This document shows, in pieces, positions 38,384 to 48,267 of a DNA stretch of 64,000 bases; the stretch's first letter is position 1; the number at the start of each line of letters is the position of its first letter. The notes below the pieces were generated by a model. That model searched no databases, was not told where the DNA came from, and saw nothing but the letters and a program-made list of their open reading frames with translations. This DNA is from an uncultured Clostridia bacterium. Its GTDB lineage: Bacteria; Bacillota; Clostridia; TANB77; CAG-465. The DNA is taken from assembly GCA_947627255.1 (NCBI GenBank), contig CANQVI010000001.1:20899-84898 (forward strand), written 5' to 3'. The position numbers and the translations under genes are program-made.

Positions 38384-38709
38384 TTTTACCAATTAAAAAG
38401 AAATGGTTTGACATGATACAAAGTGGAGAGAAAAAAGAAGAATATAGAGAAATAAAGCCATATTGGACAAGTAGATTTAACAATGAATTTGATAAAATAT
38501 TAAAACCAATTATTCCAACCAATGTAAAAAGAGATTTAAGAAAATATCCTTTATGGCTAACTGTATATTTTAAGAACGGATATAGTAAATCAAGTCCAGC
38601 AATAAAATGTAAGTGTAAATTAAAAATAGGACAAGGTAAAGAAGAATGGGGAGCAGATAGAGGAAAAGAATACTATGTTCTAGAAATATTGGAGGTAAAA
38701 GATGAGTAA
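38377..38709 (+). CDS. ASCH-domain-like protein (tentative)
   Basis: N-terminal ILPIKKKWFDMIQSGEKKEEYR beta-barrel motif. Confidence 0.35.
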   Translation: MLILPIKKKWFDMIQSGEKKEEYREIKPYWTSRFNNEFDKILKPIIPTNVKRDLRKYPLWLTVYFKNGYSKSSPAIKCKCKLKIGQGKEEWGADRGKEYYVLEILEVKDE

Positions 38710-38953
38710 AGCAGATATAATGTTTGAAGAATTAGGATATTCTAATGAAAATCAAATGTCAGATGATATCATATTATATGAAAAGCCAGATTATTCATAT
38801 AATGAAGAACAGAACATTATTTTTTATTTAGATGATAAATCAATATTAAAAAGGCAATATAATTGGGAAAATGATAAAACTTATCCTAGCGAAATATCCT
38901 TGCAAGAACTACAAGCAATAAATGAAAAATGCAAGGAATTGAGGTGGTTATAA
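38702..38953 (+). CDS. Hypothetical protein, paralog of 41023..41241
   Basis: Shared MSKAD-MFE-LGY N-terminus and LQAI-EKCKELRWL C-terminus. Confidence 0.45.
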   Translation: MSKADIMFEELGYSNENQMSDDIILYEKPDYSYNEEQNIIFYLDDKSILKRQYNWENDKTYPSEISLQELQAINEKCKELRWL

Positions 38954-38955
38954 TA

Positions 38956-39405
38956 ATGCGTGAAATAGAGTTTAGAGGTAAAAGTGAAGATGAATGGGTA
39001 TATGGAATGCTTTTAAAAACAGAAGATGATGATTATGGAGAACACGGAAAAGAACATTTTAATTACTTAATTCAAACAGAAGAAAATAAGGAATTTGAAA
39101 GAAATCAATATTATATTACAAATGATTCAACAATAGGTCAATACACAGGCTTAAAAGACAAAAATGGAAACAAAATTTATGAAGGAGATATTATTGAATT
39201 TTCTTATGATGCATTTGTAGGCAATTTTGATACTTTTATTGCAAAAGGAAAAATAGTTTTTATAGATGGAGCTTTTTATATTGAATGCTTTGATAATAAA
39301 GGGAAAACAATAGATGAGATATATTTATTATATAGCATAAATTTAGATGATATAGAAAAAGTAGGAAATATATATGATAATCCAGAACTATTGAAAGGAG
39401 AATAA
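38956..39405 (+). CDS. YopX-family phage protein
   Basis: MREIEFRGK start and C-terminal VGNIYDNPELL signature. Confidence 0.7.
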   Translation: MREIEFRGKSEDEWVYGMLLKTEDDDYGEHGKEHFNYLIQTEENKEFERNQYYITNDSTIGQYTGLKDKNGNKIYEGDIIEFSYDAFVGNFDTFIAKGKIVFIDGAFYIECFDNKGKTIDEIYLLYSINLDDIEKVGNIYDNPELLKGE

Positions 39406-39406
39406 T

Positions 39407-39784
39407 ATGGAAGATAAAATTGAAGTTGGAGAATATGTAAGAACTAAAAACGGACTAATAGGAACTTTAATAGAAATATCAGAAGCAGGTAGTGGAGTGA
39501 GATATGCAGGAGAATTTATAACAGATAAAATTTTTTCAATTTATACAAAACCACATACAGAAGTTAGATTAAAAGACAGAGATATAGCTAAACATTCCAA
39601 AAACATAAAAAAGTTAATCGATGTAGGTGATATAGTTGAAGTATTACTAAAAGAAACAACTTTAATTAAAATAGAAGATAATGAAGAACTAAAAACATTA
39701 AAAGACTTACATAAAAAATATATTAAATCAATAGTAACAAAAGAACAATTTGATATTATAAAATATGAGGTGAAAGATGAATAA
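39407..39784 (+). CDS. Hypothetical phage protein
   Basis: ORF. Confidence 0.4.
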   Translation: MEDKIEVGEYVRTKNGLIGTLIEISEAGSGVRYAGEFITDKIFSIYTKPHTEVRLKDRDIAKHSKNIKKLIDVGDIVEVLLKETTLIKIEDNEELKTLKDLHKKYIKSIVTKEQFDIIKYEVKDE

Positions 39785-40097
39785 GAGTTTTATAAAGCAG
39801 AGATTCAGAGAAGGTGATAAAGTCTATGTGATAAGACTCAAATTTAAGAATAAAAAAGTTGAATATTATTTAGATGAAATGACCATTTATAAACTATGTG
39901 GCAATACGATTTGGTGTGGAAAAAAGAATCAATTCAACATAAAGCATAATTATTGTTATTATTTTAAACCTGATAGAGTTTTTAAAGAACACAATGAAGC
40001 AAAAAATCAAATGTTAATTAGGCAAAGGGATTATAATATAAAAAAGCAAATAGAACTAGAATTTGAAAAACGAATAAAAGAGGTGGAGAAAAAGTAA
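39777..40097 (+). CDS. Hypothetical phage protein
   Basis: ORF. Confidence 0.4.
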   Translation: MNKSFIKQRFREGDKVYVIRLKFKNKKVEYYLDEMTIYKLCGNTIWCGKKNQFNIKHNYCYYFKPDRVFKEHNEAKNQMLIRQRDYNIKKQIELEFEKRIKEVEKK

Positions 40098-40098
40098 A

Positions 40099-40266
40099 AT
40101 GTGTGAATATTGTAAAGGGGAGTTTGAATGTTATTATAAGCCAAATTTAAATGTATCTCTTTATAAAAATACAAATGAGCAAACACATAATATAAATTAT
40201 ACATCTAAGATGAAAATTGATATAAAATATTGCCCAATATGTGGAAAGGAGGTAGGTGAAAATTAA
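40099..40266 (+). CDS. Small zinc-ribbon protein (55 aa), tandem paralog of the next gene
   Basis: MCEYC...CPICGKE. Below the ORF-track cutoff. Confidence 0.35.
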   Translation: MCEYCKGEFECYYKPNLNVSLYKNTNEQTHNINYTSKMKIDIKYCPICGKEVGEN

Positions 40267-40455
40267 ATGTGTGAATATTGTGAAAAAGGAAAGCGAATCG
40301 AGCAAAGAAAAAATGATAATATATATTTTGAAATTTGGTGTAAACATTTACGAGTTGTAGGAAAGGTATTTTGCTTTCCATTTGCAAGAGATGTAATCAT
40401 AAATTATTGTCCTAAATGTGGTAGAAAGATAGGAGAAAATAAAGATGGGAACTAA
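40267..40455 (+). CDS. Small zinc-ribbon protein
   Basis: MCEYC...CPKCGRK. Confidence 0.4.
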   Translation: MCEYCEKGKRIEQRKNDNIYFEIWCKHLRVVGKVFCFPFARDVIINYCPKCGRKIGENKDGN

Positions 40456-40993
40456 TTATTACATAGCTGATAGACAAAAATTCAATTTAGAACAAGAAAA
40501 ATATAAAAAGTTTAAAGACATAGATTTTGAACATTTAGGAGAAAAATTAAATGATGATATCTTATTTTCATTTTATAGTTTCCTAAAATTTCTAGAAAGA
40601 AATAATCAGAAAGATTTAGTTAATAATTTTAAATCAGAAGTATTAGTAAATATAGATAATTTTATTTCTAATTTAAGATATAATACATCTGATGCAACAT
40701 TATTTAATTCAGGAGAATATATACATGTTGGTAAGAAATCTATGGGATGGTTATTTGTATTTAAACTACAACCTTATTGGTCAAATTTTGAAGAACTTAA
40801 AGACTATCTTTTAAAATTGGATCTATCAAAGAAAATGATTGTAGATGAATATGAAAGAGAAATATCACCACAAGAGTTTTTAGAATATGTTGAAAAATCT
40901 CAAAATGATAAAAATGATTTGTCAAATAAGGATAACTTTTTATATGAACAAAATATAGATGGATACAGGTTTTCAGATAAAGAATTTTCTTAG
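40445..40993 (+). CDS. Hypothetical phage protein
   Basis: ORF. Confidence 0.4.
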   Translation: MGTNYYIADRQKFNLEQEKYKKFKDIDFEHLGEKLNDDILFSFYSFLKFLERNNQKDLVNNFKSEVLVNIDNFISNLRYNTSDATLFNSGEYIHVGKKSMGWLFVFKLQPYWSNFEELKDYLLKLDLSKKMIVDEYEREISPQEFLEYVEKSQNDKNDLSNKDNFLYEQNIDGYRFSDKEFS

Positions 40994-41022
40994 AAATTAT
41001 TTTGGTGAATAGGGGGAAAGCA

Positions 41023-41241
41023 ATGAGTAAAGCAGATGAGATGTTTGAAAGATTAAATTATATTGAACATTATAAAAATACAGATAATGAAGTTTATAGG
41101 ACTGACAGTAGTCGTTGCTTAGGGAAAACAATAATATTTCAATATAAAGTAAAAAGAGTATGTGTTCCACAAGTTTTATATATGGAAGAATTACAGGCAA
41201 TAAGCGAAAAATTCAAAGAATTAGGTTGGATGAATTTATAG
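41023..41241 (+). CDS. Hypothetical protein, paralog of 38702..38953
   Basis: GGGGGAAAG RBS. Shared N- and C-terminal motifs. Confidence 0.45.
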   Translation: MSKADEMFERLNYIEHYKNTDNEVYRTDSSRCLGKTIIFQYKVKRVCVPQVLYMEELQAISEKFKELGWMNL

Positions 41242-41312
41242 GCTATGATGGAACAACTTATTACGAAACGTCCGACAATATCGGATATTTGGATTTATAT
41301 ATGAGGTGAGAG

Positions 41313-41663
41313 ATGAATAAAAATGAATTTGGAGAAATTATAAACGGTAACGAAACTTATAATTTTATAGTAGATAAATTAAAAAATGGTGAAGCAGTAC
41401 TTATAGGCTGGACAGATGAAGAATATTCACATTATGATATATTATTTAAATTAGGAGCATATAAAGAACAAGAAAATTACATTCAAAGAGGAATAAAAAA
41501 CGATGACTTGTTTATAAGTGTTATGAGCTTAGGATCTTTTGGATTTAAAGCTATTTCTAGAAATAAAGAAATAAGTTCTGGGTATTTATCAGAAAAACTA
41601 AATTTTAATGTTGGAGAAAAATTTACTGAGTTAGTAAATAGTGTTTTATTGAGACTAAATTAA
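41313..41663 (+). CDS. Hypothetical phage protein
   Basis: ORF. Confidence 0.4.
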   Translation: MNKNEFGEIINGNETYNFIVDKLKNGEAVLIGWTDEEYSHYDILFKLGAYKEQENYIQRGIKNDDLFISVMSLGSFGFKAISRNKEISSGYLSEKLNFNVGEKFTELVNSVLLRLN

Positions 41664-41692
41664 ATGTTAAAACAGATTAGAGGAATATAAAA

Positions 41693-41890
41693 ATGAGTAA
41701 TTATAAAAGTTGGTCAAGTGAAGAAAGATATTTTGCAGAATGTCCAATTTGTAATCAAAGATTACCTATGATTAGAATGATAACTTTGAAAAAAGCTGAT
41801 AGATATAGTTCAAAGAATTTAACAAAACTGTGTGAAAATTGTTATATAAAAATGCTTGAATATATTGGAATCACTGATGTTGAATTATAA
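41693..41890 (+). CDS. Small zinc-ribbon protein
   Basis: CPICNQ...CENC. Confidence 0.4.
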   Translation: MSNYKSWSSEERYFAECPICNQRLPMIRMITLKKADRYSSKNLTKLCENCYIKMLEYIGITDVEL

Positions 41891-41933
41891 ACTATAAGTT
41901 TATAGTTAATGAATTTTGGAGGTAATATAAAAT

Positions 41934-42148
41934 ATGATTATAGTTAGTCAAAATAAAGACGAAATAGTGAACTTTAACAATATTATATATATTATGATTA
42001 TGATGCTAGAAAATTATTTGTAAATTCTAGTTACGGTGACCGTGAGCAAAAATGTATATATTTTAAAACACTACAAGAAGCAAAAGATTTTATAGGCAAA
42101 TACAAAAAACAGATTTTAAAATACGAATTTGAAATCGAGGAGGAGTAA
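41934..42148 (+). pseudogene. Small gene interrupted by a frameshift within a (TA)n/ATTATG repeat
   Basis: GGAGG RBS with ATG at 41934. Frame 0 stops at 42023. Frame -1 continues ...YDYDARKLFVNSSYGDREQK... to 42148 without its own start. Confidence 0.4.
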
Positions 42149-42150
42149 AT

Positions 42151-42486
42151 ATGAAATTTTGTAAGGGAATGTTAGTATCGATACTAATTATTATAATATT
42201 AGTTATCATTATAAAAATTATTACAATAGGTTATAGTAATAAGGAAGTAATTGCTATACAAGTAAAAGATAAGTATATTAAAAGATACAATGATAAAGAT
42301 GTTTATATGGTTGTTGATGAAGATAATAATACGTATCAAATTACAGATTTATTCTTTATAGGTAAATTTAACTCAACCGATATATATAATAGTTTAGATA
42401 TTGGACAAGTATATTTTGTAGAAACATCTGGAATAAGAAATTATTTTTTTAGTTGGTACAAAAACATAAATAAAATTATACAATAA
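42151..42486 (+). CDS. Small secreted/membrane-anchored protein (YxeA/DUF1093-like)
   Basis: N-terminal TM/signal segment; about 110 aa. Confidence 0.4.
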   Translation: MKFCKGMLVSILIIIILVIIIKIITIGYSNKEVIAIQVKDKYIKRYNDKDVYMVVDEDNNTYQITDLFFIGKFNSTDIYNSLDIGQVYFVETSGIRNYFFSWYKNINKIIQ

Positions 42487-42531
42487 ATGTGGAACTTTTC
42501 ACATAAAGTCTGTAGGAGGAATATATGAAAG

Positions 42532-42972
42532 ATGAAAGAAGAATTAAAAAAGTATAATGAATATAAATATACATTGAAAATTTTAAGACGAAATTTGAGG
42601 ATAGAACAGAATAGAGAAGTGAATGTAGGAGGAGGATCAAACTTCGAAATCAACGGAGATATTCGACCTACAGGATACATGAATAATAATATTGAAAATC
42701 AAGTCATTACAAAAACAGATAAAATTAAACAGCTAGAAGCACAGATAAAAGATATAGAGGAAAGGATAGATATAATAGATTCGGCTTTAAAAACATTAAA
42801 AAATAATGATAGAATAGCAGTTCAAATGCGATTTTTTGACAGACTAGAATACGATACTATTGCTACTACATTAGGGTTGGCATCGTCAAAAGAAGCAGAG
42901 CAAAAAATTAGGCTTGCGGTATTAAAAATGGATAAAATATATAAAAATACAGTAAAAATACAGCAAAAATAA
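42532..42972 (+). CDS. ArpU/RinA-family phage late-gene transcriptional activator (sigma region-4-like)
   Basis: C-terminal VQMRFFDRLEYDTIATTLGLASSKEAEQKIRLAV HTH. Positioned before the packaging genes. Confidence 0.6.
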   Translation: MKEELKKYNEYKYTLKILRRNLRIEQNREVNVGGGSNFEINGDIRPTGYMNNNIENQVITKTDKIKQLEAQIKDIEERIDIIDSALKTLKNNDRIAVQMRFFDRLEYDTIATTLGLASSKEAEQKIRLAVLKMDKIYKNTVKIQQK

Positions 42973-43110
42973 GGTTTTTCTTGACTTTTAAATGTGTTAT
43001 ACTATAAGTGGAAAAAAGGGGAGAAAGATATAAAAATGTATTAAACTCTCCTTATTTATTATTTATGAATGCTAAATAATGAAAGTATTTTTCATATATC
43101 AACCTTCTTG

Positions 43111-43136
43111 GGACAGAATTATCTGTCCTTTTTTAT
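43111..43136 (+). terminator. Rho-independent terminator in the pre-late intergenic region
   Basis: ggacagaattatctgtcc hairpin followed by T6. Confidence 0.5.
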
Positions 43137-43175
43137 GTGTTTATAAAAAAATAAATAGATAAAAGAGGATAAAAT

Positions 43176-43379
43176 ATGAGATATTCAGAAGTGAGAGAAA
43201 ACATATATAATTCAATTATATACGATAAAATGTATAAAGGATATATTCAACAAGTGGATATGATAAAAGAGGAACAGTGTGTCTACTGCAAGAAAATGAA
43301 AAAGAGTAATTGTAGGTTAAAAATAGAAAATGAGGAATGTACAAACTATGAAAAAATGGACAAAAGAAAGCGCAAATAA
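43176..43379 (+). CDS. Hypothetical small Cys-containing protein
   Basis: ORF with AAAAGAGGA RBS. Confidence 0.4.
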   Translation: MRYSEVRENIYNSIIYDKMYKGYIQQVDMIKEEQCVYCKKMKKSNCRLKIENEECTNYEKMDKRKRK

Positions 43380-43548
43380 ATACGTGGAAAAAGTACAAAA
43401 AGGAAAACAAGAAATTGGACTAACATATTTAAGTGCTAAGGATTTCCTGAAAAATCATAAAAAAGGAAACTCAATTATAGGTGTTTAAATGATAATTGAT
43501 ATAAATAATGTAAAACGATGTAATAATATTGAATAGGAAAAAATATTT

Positions 43549-43809
43549 ATGGTTAATTTTGATAAAAATATAAGTAATTTACTATATGTGTTGAGTTTGA
43601 AAGGCAATATATATAAAGTAAATAGCTTTAAATTTTACAGTAATTCTAATAAAAAATATTGCGTAAAATACCAAATATTAAAGAGAAAGTATAACACAAT
43701 AAAAGAAGAAAAATATGTAGTAGTTTATGAGTGCTATTCAAAAATAGATCTGATGAAATTTTTGATAAGTGAAGTACAAGAGGGTGATGCTGGTGGAAAA
43801 TATAGTTAA
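43549..43809 (+). CDS. Hypothetical phage protein
   Basis: ORF. Confidence 0.4.
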   Translation: MVNFDKNISNLLYVLSLKGNIYKVNSFKFYSNSNKKYCVKYQILKRKYNTIKEEKYVVVYECYSKIDLMKFLISEVQEGDAGGKYS

Positions 43810-44236
43810 TAGTACAGATATTAAAAATTTTGATTATGAAACGGAATATAATAAATTAACTGAAAGGCAGAAAAGATTTATTGATTATTATTTAGAAACA
43901 GCCAATGCAACAGAAAGTGCAAGAAAAGCTGGATATAGTAAAAAAACAGCAAAGAATATAGGAAATGAAAACCTAACAAAACTTAACATTTTTATAAAAT
44001 ATAAATTAGAAGAAAAAGAAAATGAAAGAATAGCTTCACAAAATGAGGTGTTGCAATATTTAACTAAAGTGATGCGAGGAGAAGAAAAAGATCAATTTGG
44101 ATTAGATGCATCTTTGCAAGATCGTACAAGGTGTGCAGAATTATTAGGTAAAAGATATGGAACTTTTAGGGAAAAAATTGATGTTGGAGGAATGATTCCA
44201 ATAATAATATCTGGAGATGATAAGCTTGAAGATTGA
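43769..44236 (+). CDS. Terminase small subunit (P27-like)
   Basis: LTERQKRFIDYYLETANATESARKAGYSKKTA motif. Start ambiguous: GTG at 43769 or ATG at 43787. Confidence 0.7.
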   Translation: MKYKRVMLVENIVNSTDIKNFDYETEYNKLTERQKRFIDYYLETANATESARKAGYSKKTAKNIGNENLTKLNIFIKYKLEEKENERIASQNEVLQYLTKVMRGEEKDQFGLDASLQDRTRCAELLGKRYGTFREKIDVGGMIPIIISGDDKLED

Positions 44237-45491
44237 CAGTCCAAAACATGAAGAAATATATTTGCCAGATATAGTTGGTAAAGGATATGGAACAATATGG
44301 AACTATAAAGGCAGATATAAGGTTATAAAAGGCAGCAGAGCAAGTAAGAAATCAAAGACAACTGCTTTATGGATAATATATAATATGATGAAATACCCTC
44401 AAGCCAATACAGTTGTAGTAAGAAAAGTCAAAGATACATTAAGAGATAGTTGTTGTGCGGATTTGATATGGGCAATCACAAGATTGAAAGTAAATTCTTA
44501 TTGGGCTTATCCAGAAAAACCAACAAGTAAACTAGAGATAACATATTTACCTACTGGACAAAAAATACTTTTTAGAGGTTTAGATGATTCTTTCAAAATA
44601 ACATCAATTGCTGTAGAAAATGGCTGCTTATGTTGGTGCTGGATAGAAGAGGCTTACGAAATTATGAATGAAAAGGATTTTGATAAATTGGATGAGTCTA
44701 TAAGAGGCGAAGTTCCAAGAGGCTTATTTAAACAAATAATACTAACCTTTAATCCATGGAATGAGCACCATTGGATAAAGAAAAGATTCTATGATGTTAA
44801 AGATGAAGATATATTGGCAGTAACAACTAATTATTTATGCAATGAATGGTTAGATGAGGCAGATAAAAAGGTATTTGAAAGGATGAAAAAAAATAATCCC
44901 AGAAGATATCAGGTTGCAGGTTTAGGTAATTGGGGCATAGTAGAAGGTGTCATTTATGAAAACTGGAAAGAAGAAAAATTTGATTTGGATAAAATAAAAA
45001 ATTTAGAAAGTGCTTTTGGATTAGACTTTGGGTACACTAACGATCCAACAGCACTTTTTTGTGGCGCTATAGATTTAAAAAATAAAAAAATATATGTTTT
45101 TGATGAGTTATATCGAAAAGGTATGAGTAATAAAGAAATATATGAAAAAGTATATAAAATGGGTTACGAGAAGGAAAGAATAACTGCAGATAGTGCAGAA
45201 CCAAAGTCAATAGATGAATTACAAGGATTAGGATTAAGAAGAATAACAAGTGCGGTAAAAGGAAAAGATAGTGTAAACAATGGAATACAATTTATACAAG
45301 ATTTTGAAATTATAATACATCCTAAATGTGTAAATTTTATAACAGAAATAAGCAATTATACTTGGGATGAAGATAAATTCGGCAATAAGATCAATAAACC
45401 GATAGATGATTTTAATCATTTAATGGACGCAATGAGGTACGCAGTTGAAAGGTATATTAGAAATAGCAGTTGTGTTGCAATATTAAAATAA
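44217..45491 (+). CDS. Terminase large subunit (PBSX/XtmB-like)
   Basis: N-terminal ATPase and C-terminal nuclease layout, 424 aa. Overlaps terS. Confidence 0.85.
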   Translation: MISLKIDSPKHEEIYLPDIVGKGYGTIWNYKGRYKVIKGSRASKKSKTTALWIIYNMMKYPQANTVVVRKVKDTLRDSCCADLIWAITRLKVNSYWAYPEKPTSKLEITYLPTGQKILFRGLDDSFKITSIAVENGCLCWCWIEEAYEIMNEKDFDKLDESIRGEVPRGLFKQIILTFNPWNEHHWIKKRFYDVKDEDILAVTTNYLCNEWLDEADKKVFERMKKNNPRRYQVAGLGNWGIVEGVIYENWKEEKFDLDKIKNLESAFGLDFGYTNDPTALFCGAIDLKNKKIYVFDELYRKGMSNKEIYEKVYKMGYEKERITADSAEPKSIDELQGLGLRRITSAVKGKDSVNNGIQFIQDFEIIIHPKCVNFITEISNYTWDEDKFGNKINKPIDDFNHLMDAMRYAVERYIRNSSCVAILK

Positions 45492-45502
45492 GAGGTGAAA
45501 AT

Positions 45503-46870
45503 ATGTTAGATGTGAATAAAATAAAAATGATAATAATGTACGATTATGAAAGAAGAAGGCAAATAGAAATTGCTAAAAGATATTACGAAAATGATAATAT
45601 AATTAAAGATAAAGGAATATTAACAGAAGAAGCTAATCCAGTTAGAAATGCAGATAATAGAATATCGCACAATTTTCACCAGTTGATAACAGATGAAAAA
45701 GTGGCATACATGTTTACTTATCCGGTGCTATTTGATGTTGGAGATATAGATATAAATAATAAAATTAAAGAAATATTAGGCGACGATTTTAAAAGCGAAT
45801 GTGCGTATCTTTGTACAAATGCAACCAATAATAAAGTGGGATGGTTGCATTATTGGATAGAAGATGGAAAATTTTTATACTCTGTTGTTGAAACAGAGCA
45901 ATGTTTGCCAGTTTTTGATGAAGGACTAAAGAAAAAGTTAATAGGTTTTTATAGATATTATCCAGTTATAGAGGAAAATACTGTAGGGAGAATAAGAGAA
46001 TATGTAATATTTGAATATTGGGATGCTGTACATTGTGAAAAATATAAATTTAGAGGAAATTTAAAAGGTGCAGGCTTAACATATATGCCAGAAGAGTATG
46101 AAGATTTTACTCATGATTTAGGCGAAGTCCCATTTATTGAATTTAAAAATAACAGAAATTTAGTAAGTGATTTAAAAAAATATAAAGACTTAATAGATGT
46201 TTATGACGTTGTCGTAAGTGGTTATGCTAATGACTTAGAAGATATACAGCAACTTATATATGTATTAGAAAATTATGGTGGTGAAAATTTAAGTGAATTT
46301 TTATCGGATTTAAAGCGATATAAGACTATAAAGACAGAAACTACAGCTTCTGGAACAAAAGGTGGGGTAAGCACTTTAAAAATCGATATTCCTGTAGAAG
46401 CCAGAAATAGTATACTTGATATTTTAAAAAAGCAAATATATGAAAGTGGACAAGCATTACAGCAAGATAATGAGAATTTTGGTAATGCAAGCGGAGTAGC
46501 ATTAAAGTTTTTTTATAGAAAATTGGAATTAAAGGCAGGACTTACACAAATAGAGTTTGAAAAAGGACTTAATCATTTAATAAGAGTCATAATGAAATTT
46601 TTAAAAATTTCAGATGCCGAAAAAAGAAGTATTACACAAACATGGACAAGGAACATGATCAGCAATGACTCTGAGAATGCTCAAATAGCCGCTGATAGTG
46701 TTAATATAATATCTGATGAAACAATATTAAAGAATCATCCGTGGGTTGAAAATCCAGAAGATGAGTTAAAAAAAATACAGAAGCAAAAAGAGAAAGCTCA
46801 GCAAAGACAAAGAGAAATATTTGGCAGTGCTGGTGATTTTGATAAAGAAGAGAATGGTACCAATAATTAG
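45503..46870 (+). CDS. Portal protein (SPP1 gp6-like)
   Basis: Size and position. AAGAGGTG RBS. Confidence 0.8.
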   Translation: MLDVNKIKMIIMYDYERRRQIEIAKRYYENDNIIKDKGILTEEANPVRNADNRISHNFHQLITDEKVAYMFTYPVLFDVGDIDINNKIKEILGDDFKSECAYLCTNATNNKVGWLHYWIEDGKFLYSVVETEQCLPVFDEGLKKKLIGFYRYYPVIEENTVGRIREYVIFEYWDAVHCEKYKFRGNLKGAGLTYMPEEYEDFTHDLGEVPFIEFKNNRNLVSDLKKYKDLIDVYDVVVSGYANDLEDIQQLIYVLENYGGENLSEFLSDLKRYKTIKTETTASGTKGGVSTLKIDIPVEARNSILDILKKQIYESGQALQQDNENFGNASGVALKFFYRKLELKAGLTQIEFEKGLNHLIRVIMKFLKISDAEKRSITQTWTRNMISNDSENAQIAADSVNIISDETILKNHPWVENPEDELKKIQKQKEKAQQRQREIFGSAGDFDKEENGTNN

Positions 46871-46884
46871 GAGGTGCTTTTTTT

Positions 46885-48267
46885 ATGGCTAGAATACCTA
46901 AAGGATACTGGGAAAAAAGAAGTACCGATTTGCTAAAAAATATTGAACAACAAACAATATTTACAATAAATAGTTTAATACAAGTATATAATAAAGCTAC
47001 TGATAATATAAATAAAGAAATCTCTAAGATATTTAGTAATTATAGTAAAGAGACTGGGTTATCAAGAAAAGCTTTAGAAAAATTGTTAAATACTAGAGAA
47101 ACAGAAACGCACTATAAAAATCTATTAAAAGTAATAGATAATGATATAACAGATGATGATATAAAAAAGAAGCTACTAGCTAAATATAACGCTCCAGCAT
47201 ACGCATTTAGAATTAGTAGATATCAAGCATTACAAGATACTATTGATATTGAATTAAAAAAACTTGCAAATATAGAAAAAGATATCACTAAAATAAGATA
47301 TGTAGATACAATTAGTGAAGGATATTATAGAAATATATTTGATATTCAAAAAGGCTTGGGAATTGGCTTTAATTTTTCACAGCTAGATAAAAGAATGATT
47401 GACTTATTACTAAATAAAAAGTGGTATGATAAAGCAAATTACTCTGATAGAATATGGGATAACAATGAAAAATTAAGCAATTATCTAAGTACAGCATTAC
47501 TAGCAGACAACTTGACGGGAAAATCTATACAAAAGATGTCTAACGAGATAAAAGAAGTTATGAATGTTGGATTATATAGTGCTACTAGATTAGTTAGAAC
47601 AGAAACTAATTATTTTGCTAATCAAGCAGAAATGCTATCATATGAAGAACTTGGAATAGAGGAATACCAGTTTATAGCAACTTTAGATAAGATAACATGC
47701 AAACATTGTGCTGAACTGGATAAAAAAGTTTTTAAAGTTAAAGAGGCAAAAGCTGGAAAGAATTGCCCACCAATACATCCAAATGACCGATGTACTACTG
47801 TTGCTGAATTTGATGATAATAATATAGAAGATTTACAAAGAAGAGCTAGAAATGAAAATGGTAAAACAATGCTAATTTCACAAGATATAAAATACAAAGA
47901 ATGGTCTATGCAATATGCTCCAGAACAATATAAGAAATATTATGTTAATCCTAATTTACCTAAGACAAAATCAGTACAAAGCAGTATACTAGAGAAACAA
48001 TTAGGATTTTATGATGAAATAGGTAAGTTGAATTTTATCCCCAAAAATGCTATAATATCTAATGTATATATCATTGCAGGAAGAGAAACACAGACGGTTT
48101 TTAGAAGTGCGAACAAATATGCACAAGCATTTGGCGGAAAAGCACAAGAATGGATGAAAAAGGTCGGAAAGATAGAAAGTGATAAATATATATTTGATAT
48201 ACATTGGGTAGAACATAGAAAATATGGAAAATATGATTTTAAATTGAAAGGAAAGACTTTAAAATGA
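46885..48267 (+). CDS. Head morphogenesis protein (SPP1 gp7 / MuF family) with a ~150-aa C-terminal extension
   Basis: MuF region ends near CPPIHPNDRCTTV at about aa 306; a further 154 aa of unknown domain follow. Confidence 0.8.
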   Translation: MARIPKGYWEKRSTDLLKNIEQQTIFTINSLIQVYNKATDNINKEISKIFSNYSKETGLSRKALEKLLNTRETETHYKNLLKVIDNDITDDDIKKKLLAKYNAPAYAFRISRYQALQDTIDIELKKLANIEKDITKIRYVDTISEGYYRNIFDIQKGLGIGFNFSQLDKRMIDLLLNKKWYDKANYSDRIWDNNEKLSNYLSTALLADNLTGKSIQKMSNEIKEVMNVGLYSATRLVRTETNYFANQAEMLSYEELGIEEYQFIATLDKITCKHCAELDKKVFKVKEAKAGKNCPPIHPNDRCTTVAEFDDNNIEDLQRRARNENGKTMLISQDIKYKEWSMQYAPEQYKKYYVNPNLPKTKSVQSSILEKQLGFYDEIGKLNFIPKNAIISNVYIIAGRETQTVFRSANKYAQAFGGKAQEWMKKVGKIESDKYIFDIHWVEHRKYGKYDFKLKGKTLK

